Below the pieces are notes generated by a model, which worked only from the letters and a program-made list of their open reading frames with translations, was not told where the DNA came from and made no database searches. From Gammaproteobacteria bacterium (GTDB lineage Bacteria > Pseudomonadota > Gammaproteobacteria > GCA-2400775): 64,000 nt of DNA. The stretch's first letter is position 1. Every line of letters begins with the position of its first letter. Shown piece by piece: positions 57,009-64,000 of this stretch. The stretch covers positions 10,458 through 74,457 of the forward strand of contig JAADIY010000017.1 in assembly GCA_013151045.1 (NCBI GenBank), read 5' to 3'. The position numbers and the translations under genes are program-made.

Positions 57009-58058
57009 CTAGATAGTTTTTTGCCAGCCTATATGAAAAGTGCTATCCACTTCTAATTGTGGTCCATCTAGATTTTGTTGAATAGGCTGAGAATACTCAA
57101 TTGCTAGACGATGCCCTTTAAAAAACCCACTGCGCACCAAGTAGTTAACACCGATACCCAAGTCAGTACGGCGGCCAGCACGCAAATCTGTTCGTGCTGT
57201 CGGCACGATATCAATACCATTCATTGGATTAGTCACCAATAAGTCTGGGTCGGCGCCATCAATATTATCCCACTTTGACCAATTCAAACGAGCACTCATG
57301 CTAAAACTGGAGCTAATCCGTTTCGCCACCCAAGTCGTCGCCACATACATATCACCAAGCGTATAGCCTCGTCTATTCTCGCCCAAATGAATCGTCGCCG
57401 TCGCTTGACTACCCCAAGACCAAGTATTTTTAGACTGCCCCAAATACGTAATACCAGGCATTAAGTCATAGGTGCCGGAGCCCAGGCGCATCGGATAAGG
57501 TAACAAGCTATCAGAACCCATTGGCGTGGTATCACGCGTAGAGATATCACCCGTTGGCAAGCTTACAGCCAAATTGGCATGCCAGCGATGACCAGCGCTA
57601 TCATGAAATTTATACATTCCACCAACACGAGTATCGCCAATACCTTCTGCTTCAGTGGTGAAATTGGCACCAGTGCGTGTCACATGATCCATACTTAATT
57701 TCACGTAAGGCAACATACCCATTAAGGTTAGCTTGTCATTCACTGCGTACATCGCGCCAAACATATGCATTTCCATTGTCATTCTTAGTGGCGTGACAAT
57801 AAAACCATCAGTCCCTGCACGCACACCATCCGGACCATTTAATACTTCTTCTGCGCTCAGCCTATTATTACCATCGCGGTTACCGCTCATATTCATATTC
57901 ATATAACGATAAGACAACATCAGCTCGCCGGTATTATGGGTATGATCACCCATCACTCCTATCGGTGCATGACTATCTGGGACAGACAAATCCCAATCGT
58001 GAGCGTAAGTTATTGGCGACGCGCTTAAAGTCGCCATCAGCAAAAATTTCAGTTTCAT
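57009..58058 (-). CDS. Met/His-rich outer-membrane beta-barrel ('transporter') protein
   Basis: Signal peptide, HAPIGVMGDHTH, M.SYRYM.M.M, GIGD, LSLPTG, YPMRLGSGT.D, terminal WQKTI. Confidence 0.75.
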   Translation of the reverse strand: MKLKFLLMATLSASPITYAHDWDLSVPDSHAPIGVMGDHTHNTGELMLSYRYMNMNMSGNRDGNNRLSAEEVLNGPDGVRAGTDGFIVTPLRMTMEMHMFGAMYAVNDKLTLMGMLPYVKLSMDHVTRTGANFTTEAEGIGDTRVGGMYKFHDSAGHRWHANLAVSLPTGDISTRDTTPMGSDSLLPYPMRLGSGTYDLMPGITYLGQSKNTWSWGSQATATIHLGENRRGYTLGDMYVATTWVAKRISSSFSMSARLNWSKWDNIDGADPDLLVTNPMNGIDIVPTARTDLRAGRRTDLGIGVNYLVRSGFFKGHRLAIEYSQPIQQNLDGPQLEVDSTFHIGWQKTI

Positions 58059-58137
58059 AACACTCGCCTCAAAAAGCTGAATTCATAACAAATCTATGGC
58101 TTGTATTTTAGAAGTAAAAATTTTGCTGGGTTGAAAC

Positions 58138-58158
58138 TGCGACAATTTGCCGCACCCT
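58138..58158 (-). promoter_or_regulatory. Inverted-repeat operator (RegA/RegR/RoxR-like), copy 2
   Basis: TGCGACAATTTGCCGCA contains an exact GCGNC-N5-GNCGC, about 80 nt upstream of the OM protein start. Confidence 0.65.
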
Positions 58159-58186
58159 TGGTAACTTGAGACAGTTGCAAGAGCCG

Positions 58187-58996
58187 CTACATACCCTCGA
58201 CGCTAATTAACTTAGCGCTGCCATCCAGCGCTAAGGTGCTGAGTTTGCCGCCCCAAATGCAACCGGTATCTAAAGCAACGACACCATTACCGATATAACC
58301 ACCAATGGTCGACCAGTGTCCAAATACTATAGATAGATCTCGGCTGGCACGCGCATTGAGTGCAAACCAAGGTACTAAGCCTTCTGCTTGAGTGCCGAAA
58401 GTGCCTTTTTCTTCCAGTGCTAGCGCGCCCTCTCCATCACAGTAGCGCAACCTTGTAAAACAATTAATGATGAAACGTCGGCGCTCTATCTCTGTGTTTA
58501 AGGCATCCCAATGATTAGGATCATTACCATACATAGTGCCAAGAAAATCGCCGTAATCATCGGCTTGCAAGCACGCTTCTACCTCGCGCGCTGACTGTTC
58601 GGCCAATGCCAGATCCCACTGCGGCGGCAGCCCAGCATGCAACATGGTGACGCCAAGCTGGTCATCATGATGAAGCAAGGGTTGGTGTCGCAACCACTCA
58701 ATCAATTCGTTGCGATCAGGCGCTTCTAACACATCATGGAAAGTGTCTTTTTTGTGATAACGCAGATGCCCATTGGCAACCGCCAACAAATGCAAATCAT
58801 GATTACCCAATACGGTGACAGCGCTATTTCCGAGGCTTTTTACAAACCTTAAGACTGACAAGGAATCAGGGCCACGGTTAACCAAATCACCCGCGAACCA
58901 CAGCGCGTCCTCGGCAGGGTCAAAGCGAATTTTCTCCAGCAACCGTTGCAAAGGCTCGAAACAGCCCTGGATGTCGCCGATGGCGTAAGTTGTCAT
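58187..58996 (-). CDS. apaH: Symmetrical Ap4A tetraphosphatase
   Basis: YAIGDIQGC, GDLVNRGPDS, LGNHDLHLL, HAG.PPQW, FGHWS, LDTGC.WGG.L. Confidence 0.97.
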   Translation of the reverse strand: MTTYAIGDIQGCFEPLQRLLEKIRFDPAEDALWFAGDLVNRGPDSLSVLRFVKSLGNSAVTVLGNHDLHLLAVANGHLRYHKKDTFHDVLEAPDRNELIEWLRHQPLLHHDDQLGVTMLHAGLPPQWDLALAEQSAREVEACLQADDYGDFLGTMYGNDPNHWDALNTEIERRRFIINCFTRLRYCDGEGALALEEKGTFGTQAEGLVPWFALNARASRDLSIVFGHWSTIGGYIGNGVVALDTGCIWGGKLSTLALDGSAKLISVEGM

Positions 58997-59089
58997 AGCG
59001 TAATATTCTTGTTAACTTTTGGTGCTTGCACCGAACTAAGGCAACAGTGATAATAGCCTGCTTAGTCGCCTAATAAGAAGTGCTATCCT

Positions 59090-59710
59090 GTGAATAATAC
59101 ATTTACTTTACGCCCATCTAGTTCCGTTTACCTGGTTGTACTGCTTAGCGCTTTATTGACGCTGACCGGCTGTTCAACCGTTAAAAAGCTTAATCCTTTC
59201 TCAAAAAGCAAGGATGAAACTGCTGCACCCGCCGTTGCTAGCGGTGAATTCACTGGCCGTGGCCCTGTCGCCTTAGAAACCAACCCGCCTGGCGCCACCA
59301 TCATTACTCTAGGCCGCATCTTGGGTAAAAGCCCTTTACGTGTTGAAGAAAACGATATCTTTCCTTCAATCTATGCTAACGAATTAAAACCTATCTACGG
59401 TAAAGTGCGGTTCAAACTCAAAGGCTGTAAGTCAGTCACCCGTCAAATTACTCCTGAAGATATTGCCGCTGGCGTTAAAATCGATTTAGAATGCGGCGAT
59501 GCCGTTACACGCAGTGCCAATTCACCCCAAAGTGGTTCAGCGCAAGGTAGTGATAGTTTAGATGCATCGATCAACTCACCATTATACAGCGGTGACAACA
59601 ACGTCAAAGTACGCTTACTTCGCATCAAAAACTTATTGGAAGAAGGCTTAATTACTCAAGACGAAGCCAACACTATTCGTCGACGTATTTTAGAAGACCC
59701 TAGTCTTTAG
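59090..59710 (+). CDS. Lipoprotein with PEGA-like and C-terminal SHOCT-like domains
   Basis: Lipobox LTLTGC; LETNPPGA.I...LGKSPL; RL..IK.L.EEGLITQDEA...RRRIL. GTG start. Confidence 0.7.
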   Translation: MNNTFTLRPSSSVYLVVLLSALLTLTGCSTVKKLNPFSKSKDETAAPAVASGEFTGRGPVALETNPPGATIITLGRILGKSPLRVEENDIFPSIYANELKPIYGKVRFKLKGCKSVTRQITPEDIAAGVKIDLECGDAVTRSANSPQSGSAQGSDSLDASINSPLYSGDNNVKVRLLRIKNLLEEGLITQDEANTIRRRILEDPSL

Positions 59711-60147
59711 TTAATGCGTATATTGAAGGTAACAGGTCCATCGTTAATAAGGTGGACCTGCATATCGGCAGCAAATACTCCACTATCTACTATGCTGTAG
59801 TTATGCTTTGCATAACGAATAGCATGCTCAAATAGTTTCCGACCAAGCTCAGGCTTAGCCGCAGGCGCAAAGCTAGGACGCAAGCCTTTTTGCGTATCTG
59901 CTGCCAAGGTAAATTGCGGCACAATTAACAAGCCACCGCTAACATCCCTTAAACTCTGATTCATCCGTCCTTCGCTATCACTGAAAATGCGATAAGCTAA
60001 TACACGATTTATCATCTTTTCACTAATTTCTGGTGTATCGTCGCATTCAATAGCCAGCAGCATAACGATACCTTGTTCAATTTGAGCTACGCATTCGCTA
60101 CTAATCTCAACGGACGCAGAAATAACACGCTGAATTACTGTAATCAT
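59707..60147 (-). CDS. dtd: D-aminoacyl-tRNA deacylase
   Basis: VIQRV..ASV, RIF.D.EGRMN.S, VPQFTLAADT.KG.RPSF, F.ADMQV.L.NDGPVT. Confidence 0.97.
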   Translation of the reverse strand: MITVIQRVISASVEISSECVAQIEQGIVMLLAIECDDTPEISEKMINRVLAYRIFSDSEGRMNQSLRDVSGGLLIVPQFTLAADTQKGLRPSFAPAAKPELGRKLFEHAIRYAKHNYSIVDSGVFAADMQVHLINDGPVTFNIRIN

Positions 60148-61094
60148 GCTAACTGATCAGCAAAAGCATCCGTTGCTCTAATTAAAGCATTCACGATAGA
60201 CTTTTCTGATGCTGCATGCCCTGCATCAGATATGATATTCAACTTACTTGACGACCATGCTTTATGTAACTGCCACGCACTTTCCATTGGACATACAACA
60301 TCATATCGGCCTTGCACAATGATACCCGGAATATTCTTGAGGACATGCACGTCGCGCAAAATTTGATCTTCTTCAAGAAAACTATCATTAATAAAATAAT
60401 GACACTCTATCCGAGCTAAGCTTAGCGCAATACTCGGCGTAACGAAGTGCGCACGCACATGCTCATTCGGCAACAGGTTAGATGTTCTGCCTTCCCATAA
60501 GGACCACGCTTTAGCAGTTGTTAACCGCAACCAATCGTCTTCGCTCGTCAGTCGTTGATAGTAAGCTGACAATAGATCATCTCTTTCTTGGCAAGCAATC
60601 GGGTGGATAAAATCTTGCCAATAATCAGGAAACAAGCGACTAGCGCCTTCTTGATAAAACCATTGAATTTCACGCGGCCGGCATAAAAAAATACCGCGCA
60701 AAACCAAACCCAATATGCGTTTTGGATAAGTCTCAGCATAAACTAAGGCTAATGTAGAGCCCCATGATCCACCAAAAACCAACCATTGATCGATACCCAA
60801 ATACTGGCGAATATCTTCTATGTCTTGCACTAAAGCTGGCGTCGTATTGTTATCAAGACAGGCATGGGGAGTAGATTTGCCGCAGCCACGCTGATCAAAT
60901 AAAATAATGCGGTAGCGCTGCGGATCGAAATAGCACCGATGAAATGGCTGTGTGCCGCCGCCAGGGCCACCATGCAGGAAAAGCACCGGTATTCCTTGTG
61001 GGTTACCTGACTCTTCTATATATAAATCATGAATGTCATCTGCTGCTAGCCGATGCTCAGCGTATGGGCTAATTGCGGGATACAATACTCGCAT
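60144..61094 (-). CDS. pip: Proline iminopeptidase
   Basis: LHGGPGGG, FDQRGCG.S.PHA, VFGGSWGSTLAL.Y, QGRYD.VCP, DAGH. Confidence 0.96.
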   Translation of the reverse strand: MRVLYPAISPYAEHRLAADDIHDLYIEESGNPQGIPVLFLHGGPGGGTQPFHRCYFDPQRYRIILFDQRGCGKSTPHACLDNNTTPALVQDIEDIRQYLGIDQWLVFGGSWGSTLALVYAETYPKRILGLVLRGIFLCRPREIQWFYQEGASRLFPDYWQDFIHPIACQERDDLLSAYYQRLTSEDDWLRLTTAKAWSLWEGRTSNLLPNEHVRAHFVTPSIALSLARIECHYFINDSFLEEDQILRDVHVLKNIPGIIVQGRYDVVCPMESAWQLHKAWSSSKLNIISDAGHAASEKSIVNALIRATDAFADQLA

Positions 61095-61131
61095 CAGCGT
61101 TATTCACCTTTAAACAATATAATTTTAATAA

Positions 61132-61539
61132 TCATGATCGCGTATTATAAGCCATGAGCAATGCGCACGTGGTAGCAGGATTACTCGCGATACGTTTTGC
61201 AACAAAGCCTTCTGAAAATACACCCTCACCTAAATAGTCATTCAAGCAAATTCTCTTCTCTCAATAAATACGCCTCAGCTCACCTGCAAAACAGTCAAGT
61301 TCAATATCTTCTTCACATACCGTCGTTGTAGCAGTGTGGCGCGAATCACTACAGATTAATTGATAGAGCTCGATTACTTGTTCTTTCTCACCTGACTAAC
61401 AACTGAAGCAAACTTTGCCGTTGATAGACTAATCAACCTGAAATGCGTCAAAAACGCGTATTGTTATCTTGCGCTTCTAGCAATAAATCAAGTATTCATC
61501 CAGATCACGCCGGCAAGTGTAGAGCAACTCATACAGCAT
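61132..61539 (-). pseudogene. BLUF-domain (blue-light sensor) pseudogene
   Basis: Three-frame reconstruction: MLYELLYTC / LLEAQDNN.RF*RISG*LVYQ..SLLQLL / GEKEQVIELYQLICSDSRH...IE...F. This matches the BLUF LiY.S, N..ITG.L, FlQ.LEG..V..Ly..I..D.RH pattern. Confidence 0.8.
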
Positions 61540-61654
61540 AGCGCCACCCTTTAGTTATTGTTCATTCGTGCACACGATATTACCAAGCCACTATCGTCAC
61601 TAAATGAACATGCCGTATACACGAGCCTAATGAACAAGACCCAGCTCTCATGCA

Positions 61655-62295
61655 TTCTTGCAGGTAATTCCCTACAAAAAATACTGTTATTGCCTGGCAG
61701 ATTTATTGATTTAATAAGTGGATACTGATTTCACTTGGAGTGAAGCAGGGCTCATGGATGAGCCCAATCTAATGGGGGAACGCCCATATCGTTCTCAATC
61801 TCTTTACTCCACTGACTCATGATTTGTAGGTGATTTACCTACAAAAAATACCTCTATAACCGGACATCAGCTTTTTTACCTAAGGCCGATACATCTCATC
61901 ATGGAGCATGGAATTAGGTTCATGGATGAACCGGACTTCATCAATTAAACACTTTAAGACACATTTCTTCCGCTTTCCTACAAACGTGTCAGTATTATCC
62001 TACATAAAACCCCTGGGGAATCTGTAATAGTAGACCCTGCTGATCGGAATCAGCCCAGGACGGTGGTTCAAGGATGAACCTTACTTAGATCCCACCGCCC
62101 CAGCCACTCTAGCCATCTAATTCCTCTATAAAATCTCAAAATCAAAATTGCGGACGCAAACTGTCTGGTTTGTCCTACAGCCAAGCCACTTTAATTTTGG
62201 CATGATGTAAATCCGATGGAGCGGGAGACTATTCGTTCAAGGATGAACGACTTTCTCTCCTATCCGTCGGCCAATAAATAAGCTATTTATTGATT
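61655..62295 (+). repeat. Degenerate four-unit array (~165 nt period) with A(A/U)GGAU hexaloop hairpins
   Basis: Hairpins at 61748-65, 61917-32, 62065-80 and 62233-50, each preceded 60-80 nt upstream by CCTACA (61671, 61838, 61999, 62174). Confidence 0.75.
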
Positions 62296-62297
62296 TT
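62272..62297 (+). terminator. Possible weak AT-rich terminator hairpin between the array and metH
   Basis: CAATAAATA-AGC-TATTTATTG followed by ATTTT. Confidence 0.4.
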
Positions 62298-62305
62298 CAA
62301 CTTTG

Positions 62306-64000
62306 CTAGCTTGGCTCATAACCAAGGTTTGGCGCCAGCCAACGTTCCGTCTCAGCCATACTCAAACCTTTTCGTTGTGCATAATCCGCTACCTGGTCAC
62401 GATCAATAATCCCTAAACCAAAATAACGTGCATCTGGGTGAGCAATATACCAACCGCTCACTGCTGCGGTAGGCACCATCGCAAAACTTTCGGTGATGGA
62501 AATTCCCGCGTTGTTAACTGGGTCAATCAACTCCCATAACAATGTTTTCTCAGTATGATCCGGGCACGCGGGATAACCTGGCGCAGGCCGTATACCCCTA
62601 TATTTCTCACGAATTAATTGCGTATTATCCAGTTTCTCGTCATTGTCATAGCCCCAATACTCTTTGCGTACTTGCTCATGCAAATATTCTGCATAGGCTT
62701 CAGCCAGACGGTCAGCCAACGCTTTCAGAATAATGGCCGAGTAATCATCATGCTCAGCAGCAAATCGCGCTATATGCTCGTCAATACCAATACCGCTGGT
62801 AACGGCAAAACCACCGATGTAATCATTAATACCGCTGTCTTTAGGCGCAACATAGTCGGCCAAAGCATGATTAGCTCGGCCTGGTGGTTTTTGCAGCTGC
62901 TGACGTAAATGATGCAGCGTAGTTAATACTTCGTTGCGTAATTCATCGGTATAAACCTCAATATCATCATCATTAATTGAATTGGCTGGAAACAAACCAA
63001 ACACCGCTCGCGCTGTCAGCCATTTCTCGTCAATGATCTTATCAAGCATGGCGCTCGCATCAACAAACAAAGAACGTGCGGTCTCGCCAACCACGTCATC
63101 ATCAAGTAATTTAGGGTAGCTACCTGCCAACTCCCACGCCTTAAAGAAAGGCGTCCAGTCTATGTAGTCACGCAACACCGATAAATCTTGATCTTCTATT
63201 ACCGTCAGGCCTAAGTTTTTAGGCACAACTGGCTGATACTCAGACCAGTCGACCTGTGCTTTATTCGCACGCGCATCGGCTAAACTTAGCCAATTCGTTT
63301 TTGCTTGCTTACCCTTATGACGCTGACGTACTTGCTCATACTCTTCTTCAATTTTTTGTAAATACGGCCCACGTAAATCCTCACTCACCAAATTTTGCGC
63401 AACCCCTACGGCGCGCGAAGCATCTTTGACATATAAAGTAGCTCCCTCATATCCGGGCGCTATTTTCACCGCAGTGTGTACGCGGGAGGTTGTCGCGCCA
63501 CCAATCAACAATGGAATATTAATATTTAAACGTTGCATCTCTTTAGCAACGTGCGTCATTTCCTCTAAAGACGGAGTTATCAAGCCTGACAAACCAATGA
63601 TGTCGACTTTTTCCCTCACTGCAGCTTCAAGAATCTTAGCGGCAGGTACCATAACGCCCATATCAATAATTTCAAAATTATTACACTGTAAAACAACACC
63701 AACAATATTTTTACCAATATCGTGGACATCGCCTTTCACCGTCGCCATCAATATCTTGCCGTTATTACTGGTGCCCGCTTTTCCCTTCTCGATAAACGGC
63801 AACAGGTAAGCAACCGCCTGTTTCATCACACGCGCGCTTTTGACAACCTGCGGTAAAAACATTTTGCCTTCACCAAAAAGATCGCCAACGATATTCATGC
63901 CATCCATTAACGGGCCTTCAATCACCTCAATAGGACGTTCAAACCCTTGTCTTGCTTCCTCGGTATCTTCTTCTATAAATGCATTGACGCCCTTTACAAG
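62306..64000 (-). CDS. metH: Cobalamin-dependent methionine synthase, 3' part (gene starts beyond the window)
   Basis: [46 protein letters not shown]. The frame stays open to base 64000. Confidence 0.98.
   Translation of the reverse strand, partial: LVKGVNAFIEEDTEEARQGFERPIEVIEGPLMDGMNIVGDLFGEGKMFLPQVVKSARVMKQAVAYLLPFIEKGKAGTSNNGKILMATVKGDVHDIGKNIVGVVLQCNNFEIIDMGVMVPAAKILEAAVREKVDIIGLSGLITPSLEEMTHVAKEMQRLNINIPLLIGGATTSRVHTAVKIAPGYEGATLYVKDASRAVGVAQNLVSEDLRGPYLQKIEEEYEQVRQRHKGKQAKTNWLSLADARANKAQVDWSEYQPVVPKNLGLTVIEDQDLSVLRDYIDWTPFFKAWELAGSYPKLLDDDVVGETARSLFVDASAMLDKIIDEKWLTARAVFGLFPANSINDDDIEVYTDELRNEVLTTLHHLRQQLQKPPGRANHALADYVAPKDSGINDYIGGFAVTSGIGIDEHIARFAAEHDDYSAIILKALADRLAEAYAEYLHEQVRKEYWGYDNDEKLDNTQLIREKYRGIRPAPGYPACPDHTEKTLLWELIDPVNNAGISITESFAMVPTAAVSGWYIAHPDARYFGLGIIDRDQVADYAQRKGLSMAETERWLAPNLGYEPS

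Noticed and set aside
61421-61436. Second FNR box
   Set aside because: TTGAT and ATCAA are 6 nt apart rather than 4, and it lies inside the BLUF pseudogene.
61655-62295. CRISPR array or cobalamin riboswitch next to metH
   Set aside because: Repeats are too short and variable and spacers too long for CRISPR. The region is downstream of metH and lacks a B12-box.

Overview
A 64 kb piece of a gammaproteobacterial chromosome (non-enteric; roughly mid-40s % GC by eye). No rRNA, tRNA, CRISPR array, prophage or transposase was found. Layout: (1) 0.1-7.9 kb, an accessory low-oxygen/stress module (Hsp20, tandem USP, DksA/TraR paralog, ppsA, D-LDH, STAS/SEC14, VIT1) centred on a perfect FNR box and containing three eroded transporter genes. 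(2) 8-15 kb, a TonB-dependent receptor divergent from a BNR-repeat protein and a TlpA-like redoxin, followed by a PD40 lipoprotein and sohB. (3) katG, cysQ-nudE, yrfG, and thiC with a TPP riboswitch. (4) pcm-tolC and an LPS core locus (waaA, lpxL, kdkA, GT9, FkbM, GT2-GT4 fusion, O-antigen ligase). (5) A conserved core run: ilvE, pilU, groESL with CIRCE, fxsA, cutA, dsbD, aroQ, accBC, prmA, dusB-fis, purHD, tsaC, hemF. (6) A mixed tail: CbiX fusion, cheX pseudogene, UDG, Met/His-rich outer-membrane protein, apaH, dtd, pip, a BLUF pseudogene, a structured repeat array, and the 3' part of metH. The strongest non-catalogued signals are a four-unit array with a ~165 nt period carrying A(A/U)GGAU hexaloop hairpins (61.65-62.3 kb), a shared GCGNC-N5-GNCGC-type operator in front of two outer-membrane uptake genes 48 kb apart, a cruciform MITE-like element that supplies the aroQ stop codon, and several unannotated pseudogenes. 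All assignments come from motif recognition by eye; no database searches were run.
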